Shown: piece after piece, positions 1 through 17,030 of the stretch
Layout: every line of letters starts with the position of its first letter
Position numbering within the stretch: the stretch's first letter is position 1
Assembly (NCBI GenBank): GCA_951406725.2
Contig: OX597842.1
Span: forward strand, 17,298,001 to 17,362,000
Direction of reading: 5' to 3'
DNA from: Octopus vulgaris
Taxonomy: Eukaryota
Length of the DNA: 64,000 nucleotides
Position numbers and translations under genes: made by a program
The notes under the pieces: model-generated
Told to the model about the DNA's origin: nothing
Seen by the model: only the letters and a program-made list of their open reading frames with translations
Database searches by the model: none

Positions 1-197
1 CATATGAGGTAGTGGAGTCCATCAACTGACAAACTAAGATTTGGTTGTTCCAGACGGCTGTAAGGTTGTGAGAGGGAGGAGTAAATTGAAGGAAGCAATA
101 AAGATTTTCTAATTGTAGAAATGGTGTAAAGGGGGTTTCAGAAGTCCATAAAAGGAATTCATGTTGAAGACAGAGTCATTCTTGTTGCTTATTTTGA

Positions 198-318
<121 letters not shown>

Positions 319-329
319 TATATAGAAGG

Positions 330-380
330 AGCTTCTACAAGACTAGAACTGTTTCATTCAAGAGAAATCATCAGGAAGCT
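330..380 (-). ncRNA. Type I hammerhead ribozyme (inverted pLTR copy)
   Basis: Reverse complement of the 5585-5635 motif, with one substitution giving a G-U pair in stem III. Confidence 0.7.
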
Positions 381-529
381 AGTTAACAAGAATTGTGTTT
401 TCTATATAATAAATTAATTTTACTCTGCTATCTATTGAGTACCTTATTTACTGTGGTTAACCCCGAATCAACCCGGGACCTACATATCCTAGCACACCCC
501 AGTGCCCTTATAACCATCACCAAGAAAAA

Positions 530-2057
530 ATGCTGACAAGAATCGACCTCGACACTTCCCTGAAGAACATTACTATCCCACCAAGGAAACAGTACCAAAA
601 AGCCCTTATTAGACGGACTGATGAGTTCATCAAAAGAATTCGATGGAGATCGTTCTTCTTCGACCATCCTGATGTAGCATCTACCAATAATGATAAGTAC
701 GGCTTCAAATCAAATAAGGCCCCTCCTACCAACAGCCTACTTGAACCGTTTGAAGAAGACCTCTTCCTCATGATAAAAAACATCAAATTCAGGAGAGTCA
801 ACCTACTTTCCAAACGGAACTGAATGAGAAACTTTCGAAAATGAAAAGCTCCCCGCACCTCCATGTCCCTTCGGACAAGACAAAAAATATTTACGCGGTG
901 ACTCCAGATACCTACAACAGACTAGCTGATAACGCCATCACAGCTAAGTACAAGAAAGTAGACGACACAGCGCTAACTGAAACCAACTTAGCCGGGAAAG
1001 AGATTGCCACCTCCCTTAAAATCGATGACCGAACTGAACCCTGAGGGTGAAGTCCCCACACTTCACCCTGAAAGACCACAAAGACCATTTCGAAAATAAA
1101 CCGTCGGTCCGACTGATTAACCCAACCAAGTCTGACATCGGATCCGTCAGCAAGAAGATCCTGGACAGGATTTTACCAAAAATGCGTGAAGCTTCACCCC
1201 TTCCACTCTGGAATAGGACCTCCGAGGCTATAACCTGGTTCCGGGATTTACCTGACAAAAGCAACACCCGATTCTTACAACTGGATATCGAGGATTACTA
1301 CGCCTCCATATCGGAGAGCTTGCTGATCGACGCGATTAACTTCGCTAGGAGGTCCACCACCATCACCGAGGCCGAGCAAGATGTGATCCTCCCCTTCAAC
1401 CGTGAGGTCGCTACACCTGTAGCTAAAATCTTCTTCACTCTCCTACAGAAACACTTCCCCACCCAACATAAGTACTACACTATCCTAAATAAGAACACCA
1501 TTAGACTCTCCTACTCTACCACGCCCAATCTAGCCAGGAACCTAGCCAACAACAATGTGAAAAAACTTAATATATCTACTTTTTCCGAGGCCCATCCAAC
1601 ATCCGATAGCAATTGCAACTGCCCTGATAAAACCACTTGCCCCCTCAACAACAACTGCCTACAGAGGGACCTCGTATATACATGCGAGGTAAGATCAGGC
1701 CCTGATGATAAAAGAAAATCCTACATCGGAATGACGTCAAACAGCTTTAAGACCCGCTGGTACGCCCACACACACTCGTTCCGGCGACCGGATAAATCCA
1801 ACCAAACCACCCTCGCCGCCCACATCTGGTACCTTAAAAGGAACTCCATCCCCTTCAAGACCAAGTGGAAACTACTACAGAAGGCGCGTTCGTACACAGG
1901 AGGCCATACCTGCTGTGACCTTTGCATTTCGGAGAGCCTAGAGATCTTGTTCGCCAAAGGCCCTCTCCTTAACAAGATCTCAGAACACTCCCCAAATTGC
2001 ATGCATAAGACTTATGCAAACTACAAGAACTATAGACCTACCCGGCAACCAGATTGA
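530..2057 (+). pseudogene. Penelope/Naiad RT-GIY-YIG polyprotein, frameshifted, RT core deleted
   Basis: N-terminus SLKNITIP..FIKRIRWRSFFF; TLKDHK..RLINPTKSDIG; LDIEDYY; linker CNCxxxxxCPLxxxC; GIY-YIG LVY..SYIGMT..FKTRW; CDLCISE, CMH. Spread over three reading frames. The jump from EQDVIL to PFNREV removes the YxDD region. Confidence 0.85.
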
Positions 2058-2139
2058 TGACACCCCACCCACAAAACCCCCCAATCCCACCGTTCCCCTA
2101 GCACCCCCGATTACCTTTTCTCCTAAGACCTTTCACATA

Positions 2140-5372
<3,233 letters not shown>

Positions 5373-5584
5373 GTGAGAATCTCCTTATTTACCTAAAACT
5401 CTATTCTTCTATTTATTTTTTTATTCTTTTATTTTATTTATTCTTTTATCTAATTTACCACTGACTCCTTGACCACTCCCCTAAGTATGATATTTTTGCG
5501 CTATGCCTACCTCCAAAAAGTCCCCCACCAGCACCCCTTTAAACCTGCCTAAATGTATAAATGCGAACACAATTCTTGTTAACT

Positions 5585-5635
5585 AGCTTCCTGATGATTT
5601 CTCTTGAATGAAACAGTTCTAGTCCTGTAGAAGCT
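5585..5635 (+). ncRNA. Type I hammerhead ribozyme in Penelope pLTR
   Basis: AGCTTC-CTGATGA-tTTCtcttGAAt-GAAA-CAG..CTG-TA-GAAGCT: 6-bp stem I, canonical core, GUA cleavage site after 5629. Confidence 0.8.
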
Positions 5636-5718
5636 CCTTCTATATAATAAATTAATTTTACTCTGCTATGTATTGAGTACCTTATTTACTGTGGTTAACC
5701 CCGAATCAACCCGGGACC

Positions 5719-5834
<116 letters not shown>

Positions 5835-6052
5835 ACCATAGGCTGAAACAGCTGTAAGGAGTGATTTTAATGATTTTAATAATTTATATTATTATTTTTA
5901 TAATTTGTATTCTTATTTTATATGTATTGAATTATAATGTATATATGTATGCTATTAAAGTTCTTATTTTTGTTGAATGAATAAATAATCCAACATTCTA
6001 ATATTCGAAAGTTGATGAACAAACTAAATTTGTTTCTCCATTTTCTTATTTG

Positions 6053-6100
<48 letters not shown>

Positions 6101-7419
6101 ATAATATTAGTGAGTAAATCCAAACTTACAGGGAAAAATTAGTTTTAGGATTAAATCTAATTTTACAGTATAAATATATATATTAAATTAGAGATAAAAC
6201 CACTATTAGACAAATCAAACAGTGAAAAACATAAACCAATACATAGAAATAAAATTAATTAATAAAATATATAAAATATAAAATTCAAAATTTAAATTAT
6301 ACATATTTGTGTGTGTACGTGCGTGTGTACGTGTGCGTGCGTGTGTGAGTGAGTGTGCGTATGTCGCTCTCTCTCTTTCTTTCCATATATTTAGCCCCTT
6401 GTGGGTAGTAAAGAAATAGGTACTAATAATATATTAAGATTGGTTCGACTCATGTCTTCTATAAATTCTATACATGGTTCTTGTTAAAAGAAACAATCTT
6501 AATCATGATCATTTTTTCCTTACTTCAATGACGCCGGTGACATGTATTAAAGGTCCCCTTGTAGAACTATACTGATAAAGAAGTATAGAACTATATTATC
6601 GCCCTCAAATTTTAGAAACAAACAATCATAGCTTTTCCTTTTAATATTTAATTGCATGAGATTGAAACCATGAAATTCCTCGAATTGAGGTCTCTCAATT
6701 ACGCTTAATTAAAATATAGTTTGTTTTTAGAAAAACATATAAGTATTTGCAAACAGGTCTTCCTTTCGTCGTAAACCGGTGATTACCGTGCGTTGACAAG
6801 AGCAAATTACCTCGAAACTGCAGTCCGTGCGTATCGCTTAGGTTTACGAGAGGGGGTGACCTCTCTTTGCAAATATCATAAGGGCACAGAGAGTGTGCCT
6901 GAAGCCAACTGGAGACGATGATCTCCTGGGGCTAAAAGCTACAGTAACACCCACCCTTAGTGGTTAGCCATATTGATATGGCTAGTATACTTTACGTTAA
7001 AATAAATTAATTATACTTAAATCCAATTTTTTGTCTTATGTTCTTTTTTTAATGCAAATTTTTATTGCATGGGACTAAAACTAGGAAATTCCTCATGCTT
7101 TCTTCTATCCTTAAAACTAAAATAAATATATTTTGCTTTTGAAATAAAAGTTATTTAGATTTAAACTTGATTGGTCGCATTGTTTACTCTCTATAACGTT
7201 GCTACACATTTTGATCTAAACTTTTTTTACTGGACCAAATCTCAATTATTTTAAGCCAAAATGTAGCTAGGAACAAGACTTCTTCAGAAATTTTAGCAAT
7301 TTTTACTTTGGTTCAGAACTGAATTAGCAACAAGCTCTGAAAGATGCTGCTTCTGAGTAAATTGCAGTCTTAAGAATATTATTCAACTAATACCATAGTT
7401 GAATGATATATATAGAGAT

Positions 7420-7807
<388 letters not shown>

Positions 7808-7996
7808 GAAGGAAAATTGCGATAGGCTAAATCCAGACGAATACTACAGTTAGCATTTCATGCGTGAAACCTAGCGAATATAATGTCCGTATTGATTAAA
7901 TATGGTAGGCGATTAGTACAAACTGTAAATCGAAAGTTATTCACCAATTGCTATGTTGGTATATTAATCACAGATTATGCAAGCATTTAGATACTG

Positions 7997-8170
7997 GCAC
8001 TCCGTCGGTTACGACGACGAGATTTCCACTTGATCTGATCATTGGAACAGCCTGCTTGTTAAATTAACGTGAAAGTGGCTGAGCACTCAAACAGACACGT
8101 GTACCCTTAACGTAGTTATCAGGGAGATTCAGCGTGACACAGAGTGTGGCAAGGCTGGCCCCTTTGAATA
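7997..8170 (-). mobile_element. SINE fragment (family D)
   Basis: Shares GCACTCCGTCGGTT..GTGGCTGAGCACTC..GGCTGGCCC with the fuller copy at 38151-38475. Confidence 0.7.
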
Positions 8171-8379
8171 AAACAATTAAAAAGAAGCAATAAATAACAA
8201 AGGAGATGAGGAAAGCTTCTAACAATGCAGAGCTGAAGGTTGAATAGCTTCTATATATTTCGAGTGCAAAGCCCATATTCAGGAGTGTCGAAGAAACGCG
8301 TGTAGATCCTATCGCTTGGATAGCCAGATTGGCAGTCACTCCTCATATGATCTAGAATCTGCTCCTTTTCACTCAATGG

Positions 8380-8862
8380 TCAACCTGTAATGACATGCAT
8401 AAGATCTGGTCATCAAATCTAAGTAGAGACTTCAAACGTGAAATCTTCAAAGCCACAGTCGAACCAGTTCTACTATATGGCTGGACGGTATCGAAGAAGC
8501 TTGAGAGGCGGTTGGATGGAACCTACACTCGCCTCCTCATGAGAGCTCAAAATCTCTCATGGAAGCGTCATCCAACCAAAATGCAAATATATGGGAAACT
8601 ACCACCTATATCATCTCTTGTGAAAGGTAGGAGAGTCCAGTTTGCTGGACATTGTTGTAGAGCTGAAAACGAGGCAATTTCTTCTCTTCTCCTTTGGAAG
8701 CCATCTGTTTGCGATACCAGAGGGCGCACACTCTCCTACCCTGATGTAATCTCCAGGGATACAAGCATCCAGCAACAGAACCTCCGTAATGCTATGATGG
8801 ACCGTGAAGTCTGGCGTAACATAGTAAATTCCATTGGCTCGACCACGGTCGAACAATGATGA
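8380..8862 (+). mobile_element. RTE-like LINE 3' fragment (RT C-terminus)
   Basis: FKATVEPVLLYG..RRLDGTYTRLLMRA..FAGHC..AMMDREVWR, ending in a TGA-repeat tail. Confidence 0.8.
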
Positions 8863-8925
8863 TTGGTGCCTAACTCAGACAGACCGCCTCGGGTATTCGT
8901 GTACACCACCTTGAGCAGTCACGGA

Positions 8926-9410
8926 AGCTCCACGCGGCTCCGGCAGAAGGTAATGGCGAACTGTGGAGGCACATGGCTTAGTGGTTAGAGCAGCGGACTC
9001 GCGGTCGAGGGATCGCGGGTTCGAATCTCAGACCAGGCGGTGTGTGTGTTTATGAGCAAAACACCTAAGCTCCACGCGGCTCCGGCAGAAGGTAATGGCG
9101 AACTGTGGAGGCACATGGCCTAGTGGTTAGAGCAGCGGACTCGCGGTCGAGGGATCGCGGGTTCGAATCTCAGACCGGGCGGTGTGTGTGTTTATGAGCA
9201 AAACACCTCAGGTCCACGCGGCTCCAGCAGAAGGTAATGGCGAAACTTCTGCTGACTCTTTCGCCACAACTTTCTCTCACTCTTTCTTCCTGCATTTTAC
9301 AGCTCACCTGCGACCAACCGGCGTACCGTCCAGATGGGGAACCTATACGCCAAGGAAACCGGGAAACCGGCCCTTATGAGCCAGACATGGCTCGAGAAGG
9401 AACAGACAGA
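8926..9410 (+). mobile_element. tRNA-derived SINE (family C) with tandemly repeated head
   Basis: A-box TGGCTTAGTGG and B-box GGTTCGAATC repeated with ~140-bp period. Related copies at 15620-15840, 24468-24525, 39028-39335 and 50163-50398. Confidence 0.85.
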
Positions 9411-9848
9411 CAGAAGGAAGACCGCTAAGACCAGGCCACCTCAGTTATTTGGAGAGACTATTTCAAGTAAGAATCGATTTCGGACATTCACGATATACCA
9501 CAGCTAGCCTTCAACAAGACACAACGCGATTCTCTTTTCTCGGTCGATAATTATTTTATCAGCATTTTTCTCTTGTAAACAGCCAACACAAGTAGACCAT
9601 GTCCAGCAATAATTATGTTATAAGATCTTTTGTTCGTGATTTCGCTTCATTTATTATTGACGCAGCCAGTCAGGCCACAATGCGATGGTCACACTCGAAT
9701 TACCACGCACAAGCAACATCGCGTGACATGTACGTATAATCAGTCAATGAAATAATAACGCCACCATTGATTGATTATTCATACACGACATCCATTTTTG
9801 TATAATACACACGCACATATGCATATGTGAAATAAAATTGAATAACGT

Positions 9849-9947
<99 letters not shown>

Positions 9948-10020
9948 CACATACACTCACACACAACACACACACAAACACACGTATATGTATATATATA
10001 TATATGTATATATATATATG

Positions 10021-10068
<48 letters not shown>

Positions 10069-10127
10069 CATATACATATATATATATACATATATATATA
10101 CATATATATACATATATATATACATGC

Positions 10128-10169
<42 letters not shown>

Positions 10170-10174
10170 ATATA

Positions 10175-10205
<31 letters not shown>

Positions 10206-10552
10206 GACACATACACACACACACACAAGCGCACACATCACAAACACACACACACATACACACACACATACACACACATACACACAAAGGTATCAGAACA
10301 CACACACGCACATGAACGCGTAGTCATAGACGCACTCTTTCCCCCCTCTCTCCTACAACAGAACCAACTGCACTACACACACACACACATACACACACAC
10401 CCGGACGCACTCACACACACACATACATACGCACACACACACACGCACTCTGTCTCTTCCTTTCTCTCTTTCCTCTTCTCTCGTACATTCACACTCATAT
10501 TCATGTTACAGAAATATTGAACCTAAAATTCCTTATCTGCATCTCCCACAGC

Positions 10553-11640
10553 GGATTAAGTCGATTACATTTACAACAGTGCGTAACTGGTACTTATTTA
10601 ATCGACCCCGAAAGGATGAAAGGCAAAATCGACCTCGGCTGAATTTGAACTCAGAACGTAGCGCAGACGAAACACTTATTTCTTTACTACCCACAAGGGG
10701 CTAAACACAGAGAGGAGAAACAAGGACAGACAAACGGATTAAGTCGATTATATCGACCCCAGTGCGTAACTGGTACTTAATTTATCGACCCCGAAAGGAT
10801 GAAAGACAAAGTCGACCTCGGCGGAATTTGAACTCAGAACGTAATGGCAGGCGAAATACCTATTTCTTTACTACCCACAAGGGGCTAAACACAGAGAGGA
10901 GAAACAAGGACAGACAAACGGATTAAGTCGATTATGTCGACCCCAGTGCGTAAATGGTACTTATTTAATCGACCCCAAAAGGGTGAAAGGCAAAGTCGAC
11001 CTCGGCGGAATTTGAACTCCAAACGTAGCAGCAGGCGAAATACCTATTTCTTTACTAACCACAAGGGGCTAAACACAGGGAAGACAAACAAGGACAGACA
11101 AATGGATTAAGTCAATTACATCGACCCCAGTTTGTAACTGGTATTTATATAATTGACCCCGAAAGAATGAAAGGCAAAGTCGACCTCGGTGGAATTTAAA
11201 CTCAGAACGTAACGGCAGACGAAATGCCTATTTCTTTACTACCCACAAGGGGCTACACACAGAGAGGACAAACAAGGACAGACAAACGGATTATGTCGAT
11301 TATATCGACCCCAGTGCGTAAATGGTATTTATTTAATCGACCCCGAAAGGATGAAAGACAAAGTCGACCTCGGCGGAATTTGAACTCAGAACGTAGCGGC
11401 AGTCGAAATACCTATTTCTTTACTACCCACAAGGGGCTAAACACAGAGGGAACAAACAAGGACAGACAAACGGATTAAGTCGATTATTTCGACCCCTGTG
11501 CGTAACTGGTACTTATTTAATCCACCCCGAAAGGATGAACGGCGAAGTCGACCTCGGCGGAATTTGAACTCAGGACGTAGCGGCAGACGAAATACCTATT
11601 TCTTTACTTCCCACAAGGGGCAGACGAAATACCGTTAAGT
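10553..11640 (-). mobile_element. Tandem array of six ~184-bp SINE units (family A)
   Basis: GGATTAAGTCGATT recurs at ~10553, 10736, 10920, 11104, 11288 and 11472. The central CCTTTCATCCTTTCGGGGTCGATAAA..AGTACC resembles the MetaSINE domain. Confidence 0.85.
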
Positions 11641-12049
11641 ATGTTTCCCGGCGATAATAGTTCCGCCTGATCGCCACCTTGATAATAGCAAATTCGTAAT
11701 AGTTATATTCATGTACTGCATATCCTAAACTTTCTCCTTAGATAAAGATTCCAAAGGAATCGAACGGCGCCAATGTCAATAGCAACCACTTCATGACTAT
11801 CTCCGTGAAGTTATTTACCATCGACATGTCCGTATCTCCTTCGATACGCGCCACTGATTCGAATGTATTGATATATAGCACAATATCTCAAATTGCAATA
11901 GAGACATAATACTGAAATACTGTAAGAGATAAGAGATTACTCTTGGGTCGCATTAGGCAAGAAGCTGGGAATTTTTTTTGACCCATGACACTGCATGGAC
12001 CTTTGCTTTTGTATTTGACGCCTGTTGCTTTAAGTATTTTATTTCGATT

Positions 12050-12365
12050 TCATGTATATATGTATGTATAAGCCAATGAGAGAGACCTCTACATGGTAGC
12101 TAGACCTGGTAGAAATAGCAGCCAAATCTCCCTAAAAACACCCTGCTCTCTTATTTATGTATATATGTATGTATGAGCCAATGAGGGAAACCTCTACATG
12201 GTAGCTAGACCTGGTAGAAATAGCAGCCAAATCTCCCTCAAATCACACCCTACTCTCTTATCTATGTATATATGTATGTATAAGCCAATGAGGGGGACCT
12301 CTACATGGTAGCTAGACCTGGTAGAAATAGCAACTAAATCTCCATAAAAACACCCTACTGTCTTA
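12050..12365 (+). repeat. Three ~110-bp tandem repeats
   Basis: AGCCAATGAG..CCTCTACATGGTAGCTAGACCTGGTAGAAATAGCA..CACCCT occurs three times. Confidence 0.85.
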
Positions 12366-12715
12366 ATCCGACAATTCTGCCTATTATGTAGTTTTAATGA
12401 GAAACTGTAACTAAAGATTAAGATTATTAACCCCAAAATTCTACGCGTTTTAATAGCAATCAATTTTTTCTCTTTTTTGCCTTTCTCGCAGTTTTTCATG
12501 TCAGATGTAAAGGTGACAGAGAGGAGAGCGAGAGAGGTAGATAGATAGATGTTTGTATGTACGTATATATGTGTGTATGTTCGTCTCCCACCACCGCCTG
12601 ACAACTGCTGTTGGTGTGTTTACATCCCGATAACAGTGGTTCGGCTAAAGAAACCAATAGAATATATTCTAGGCTTTAAAATTATATATAAAAAGGAAAG
12701 TACTCTGTGTGGGTG

Positions 12716-12798
<83 letters not shown>

Positions 12799-13093
12799 TC
12801 AAGATACACAAATACTTTACAATGTATCGGAGTACCTATTTTTTAATTTTTGTATATATTTATTATTATTTTTTTGCAAAGAACAATGTAATTTTCTTTT
12901 TTCCCCCTCCTCACATTTAAAAAATTTTTTTTCTTTTTTTTTCTTTACAATTCTTGAAAAGTCACATTATGACGAAAACCAGTTTGAATTATTATATATA
13001 TATTTTATCAATTTTTCAAAAACGTTTTCCATACACCCATTTTCATTAAAATTTTCTTTCAATTTAGCATCCTGCCTTTTTACAATTTTTCCT

Positions 13094-13152
<59 letters not shown>

Positions 13153-13254
13153 TATAGTTAATCCAAACAAGAAAGCACAAAAAAACACAACAACGCGAGG
13201 ACGTGGAACAAATATAGCATTATTGGACGCTCAGGAAAGAAGGAAAGCAGGAGG

Positions 13255-13289
13255 GTTTAACGTTTCGAGCGGAGCTCTTCGTCGGAAAC
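13255..13289 (-). ncRNA. Minimal hammerhead ribozyme, CCGACGA core variant
   Basis: GTTT-CCGACGA-a-GAGCtccGCTC-GAAA-CG-TT-AAAC with palindromic stem III (dimer-type). Confidence 0.6.
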
Positions 13290-13757
13290 ATAGGAGAAGG
13301 AAAGATCCAGAGAAGGGAAGACAGAGGAAAAAAATCGCCAACGGTACACACGAGGTCACATTTTGAAAGATCGGAAGGAAAAGGGCGAAGAAAGATGTTT
13401 TCAAAGACAGGAGTGTAGTATTGTCAAAGACAGGAGAATGGTAGAAGAGGAATGTGTGTGTAAGTGTGGATATGTGCGTGGCGGAGGTCTGCGTGTGCGT
13501 GTGTGTGTGTATGTGTGCAATGAAGACACGTGTGTGTGTGTGTGTGTGTGTGCGTGTGTGTGTATGTTTGTGTGGTTGTGGCTGTAAACAAAGTGTGTTT
13601 GTAGGGCTAGTAGAAGAAGGAGTGGTGCCTTATATATATATACATATATATATATATAGTTAATCCAAACAAGAAAGCACATAAAAAACACAACAACGCG
13701 AGGACGTGGAACAAATATAGTATTATTGGACGCTCAGGAAAGAAAGAAAGAATGAGG

Positions 13758-13792
13758 GTTTAACGTTTCGAGCGGAGCTCTTCGTCGGAAAC
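13758..13792 (-). ncRNA. Minimal hammerhead ribozyme, CCGACGA core variant (second copy)
   Basis: Identical motif 503 nt from the first copy. Confidence 0.6.
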
Positions 13793-13867
13793 ATAGGAGA
13801 AGGAAAGATCCAGAGAAGGGAAGACAGAGGGAAAAAAATCGCCAACGGTACACACGAGGTCACATTT

Positions 13868-13929
<62 letters not shown>

Positions 13930-14089
13930 GTATGTATATATATGTGTGTATGTGTGTGTGTATGTATACATACACACGCACACACACATGACGGAAAGAA
14001 ACAAACCATGAGCGATAAAATTTATATCCTAATTAAAGTTTAAAATGAAGGAATGAGTTAAGGGAAATCACTCTAAAATAAGAGGAATC

Positions 14090-14516
14090 GAATCTTTTCT
14101 GTTTGAACGGCAGTTTTTTCTAGCAGTGTCATATGAAATTGTCACCCATAATTATGACCCTAGTATCAATCTATTGCATTTCAATCTGTTTTAGGGTTAG
14201 AGTTAGGGTTAAGGTTAGGGGTGAGAGGAAGGGTATCTTTTTTCTTCAGAAATGTAAATAAACCCAATCTGTTTGTTAAACGAGGGACATATTCATACGG
14301 CACAGAATGTTTTCACCTCAGTAGACGTCATTGATTAGTTGAAATTGCAGAAATCGAAGAAAAAAAACAACAAATATCTTACACGCTATAGAATTTTCTC
14401 AATAAAGCCAAGAGAAAAAGAATTTTTATAAACACATTCTACCAGAATACGAAGTTTAAAAGTGTTTAGTTACGTGGAAATTATTTAAAAAACTGCCGTT
14501 CAAACCGAAAAGATCC
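14090..14516 (+). mobile_element. MITE with ~28-bp TIRs and internal TTAGGG repeats
   Basis: TIR GGATCTTTTCGGTTTGAACGGCAGTTTT. Other copies at 48997-49421, 55239-55660 and 57482-57891, partial at 29030-29112. Confidence 0.85.
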
Positions 14517-14645
14517 CAACTCACAAGGCTTTGGTCGGCCCGAAGCTACAGTAGAAGACACTTTCCCAAGGTACCACGCAGTGGGACTGAACCCGGAACC
14601 ATGTAGTTCGTAAGCAAGCTACTTACCACACAGCCATTCCTACGC

Positions 14646-14681
<36 letters not shown>

Positions 14682-15247
14682 CTTCTACTTTGTTACTTGT
14701 TTCAGTCATTTGTGCGTGGTCATGCTGGAGCACCGACTTTTACTTGAAAAAACAGACCCCTGGACTTATTCTTTGTAAGCGTGGTGCTTATTCTATTGAT
14801 TTCTTCTACTTTGAGCAGTCACACTAGGAAGACCGCTAAGACCAGACCACCTCGATTACTCGGACAGGCTACTTCGAGCAAGAAACGATTTCGGACACTC
14901 ACGCTATACCACAGCTAGCCTTTCTACAAGACACAGCACGATTCTCTCTTGACGGACGGCAAAAATATCATCAACATTTTGTCTTTTGTAAACAATCAAT
15001 ACAATCGACAATGTCCAGCAATGAATAGGTTACAAGATATATTGTTCGTGATATCGCTTCATATATTATACACGAAGCCAATAAGGCCACAGCACGATGG
15101 TCACGCTCAATACACCACGCATACGCTAACTCACTACATTGGACTTACATGAAACATCACGAGACATGTACGCATAATCAATCCATGAAATAATAAACCA
15201 GTCATTGATTTATTATGCATACACAGCATTTCATTTTGTAATATAAA

Positions 15248-15285
15248 CTGTCCGACGAACGGGAACGTGAAACTCAGAGTAACAG
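15248..15285 (+). ncRNA. Minimal hammerhead ribozyme, CCGACGA core variant
   Basis: CTGT-CCGACGA-ACG-GGAA-CGT-GAAA-CTCaGAG-TA-ACAG: all three stems pair, GNRA loop II, GUA site. Confidence 0.7.
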
Positions 15286-15319
15286 GTTTTGTTGAATTTT
15301 CTGCTGCTTTTAAATAAAG

Positions 15320-15394
<75 letters not shown>

Positions 15395-15396
15395 TA

Positions 15397-15460
<64 letters not shown>

Positions 15461-15534
15461 AATAAGAAAAATATCTATATTTAAAGATCGATATTATCAA
15501 ATGGCCAGCATGGGAAAAATACCGTAATTATTAC

Positions 15535-15624
<90 letters not shown>

Positions 15625-16084
15625 AGGCGCAATGGCCCAGTGTTTAGGGCAGCGAACTCGCGGTCGTAGGATTTATTGAGCGAAAACATCTAAAGCTCCA
15701 CGATGCTCCAGCAGTGGGTGGTGGCGAGCCCTACAGTACTTTTTCGCCGCAACTTTCCCTCACTCTTTCTTCTGTTGGCCTATTCGCTTAGCCGGCGGGG
15801 TGGCGTCGTTCGGAGGCTAAAACAATGCGAAGCGCATTGTGACTGAATCGAGTAAAAGAGTAAGGCCTGCTTTGCTTCGTGCCACGAAACCACAATGATA
15901 GGGTTTCCATTTAGAGGAGCAGCATTTTTCCAACCATGCCTTCATGCATGCACGATGTTGGCCCCGATGTTGTAGTCGACATGCTCAAATCTTTGAGCTG
16001 AGGAGAAGCAGGACTGACGCCAGGTCCTGTGTTCTGATGTTTTGTTTTCCTATATGTCTTTTCTTCTTTCTTCGCCCTTTTCAA

Positions 16085-17030
16085 CCCTAGCCAGGCTCAT
16101 GGGCCCGGTTTCCCGGTTTCTATGGCGTATGTGTTCCCCCCAGCTGGACGGGACGCCAGTCCATCGCAGCATTACTCAAGTAACAGGAAGAGAGAGTGAG
16201 AGAAAGTTGTGGCGAAAGAGTACAACAGGGGTTGCTACCACCCCCTGCCGGAGCTTCGTGGAGCTTTTAGGTGTTTTCGCTCAATAAACACACACAACGC
16301 TCGGTCTGGGAATCGAAACCGCGATCCTCTGACCGCGATTCCGCTGCCCTAACCACTGGGCCATTGTGCCTCCACAAACAAATGCGCCCTTTTAAAGCAT
16401 AGCCAGGCTCATGGGCCCCGTTTCCTGGTTTCTATGGCGTATGTGTTCCCCCCCAGCTGGACGGGACGCCAGTCCATCGCAGCATTACTCAAGTAACAGG
16501 AAGAGAGAGTGAGAGAAAGTTGTGGCGAAAGAGTACAACAGGGGTTGCTACCACCCCCTGCCGGAGCTTCGTGGAGCTTTTAGGTGTTTTCGCTCAATAA
16601 ACACACACAAAGCTCGGTCTAGGAATCGAAACTGCGATCCTCTGACCGCGAGTCCGCTGCCCCAACCACTGGGCCAGTGCACTTCCACACACAAATGCGC
16701 TCTTTTAAAGCATAGCCAGGCTCATGGGCCCCGTTTCCCGGTTTCTATGGCGTGTGTGTTCCCCCCAGCTGGACGGGACGCCAGTCCATCGCAGCGTTAC
16801 TCAAGAAACAGGAAGAGAGAGTGAGAGAAAGTTGTGGCGAAAGAGTACAACAGGGGTCGCCACCACCCCTTGCCGGAGCCTCGTGGAGCTTTTAGGTGTT
16901 TTCGCTCAATAAACACACACAAAGCTCGGTCTAGGAATCGAAACTGCGATCCTCTGACCGCGAGTCCGCTGCCCCAACCACTGGGCCAGTGCACCTCCAC
17001 ACACAAATGCGCTCTTTTAAAGCCTAGCTA
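16085..17030 (-). mobile_element. Three tandem ~312-bp tRNA-SINE copies (family C-related, V-domain-like body)
   Basis: TAGCCAGGCTCATGGG at ~16088, 16400 and 16713; GCGATGGACTGGCGTCCCGTCCAG on the minus strand. Confidence 0.85.

Larger units (their letters stand above)
13157..13870 (-). mobile_element. Non-coding Penelope/retrozyme-like element: two ~210-bp direct repeats, each with a hammerhead
   Basis: 13157-13366 matches 13659-13870; bounded by (TA)n. Hammerheads at 13255-13289 and 13758-13792. Confidence 0.7.

Noticed and set aside
821-1044. TGA codons in the Naiad-type ORF as possible selenocysteine (some Naiads encode selenoproteins)
   Set aside because: Both TGAs coincide with frameshifts, and the conserved cysteines are ordinary TGC/TGT codons.
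6744-6874. Imperfect inverted repeat
   Set aside because: Short, mismatched, single copy; probably a decayed MITE with nothing further to support it.
8964-9037. tRNA-like sequence with A and B boxes
   Set aside because: No acceptor stem; continues into a repeated SINE body.
10553-11640. Regularly spaced array resembling CRISPR
   Set aside because: Whole units are repeated with no unique spacers; eukaryotic SINE tandem.
14191-14221. TTAGGG repeats as a telomere or fusion site
   Set aside because: Only a few units, internal to a multi-copy MITE.
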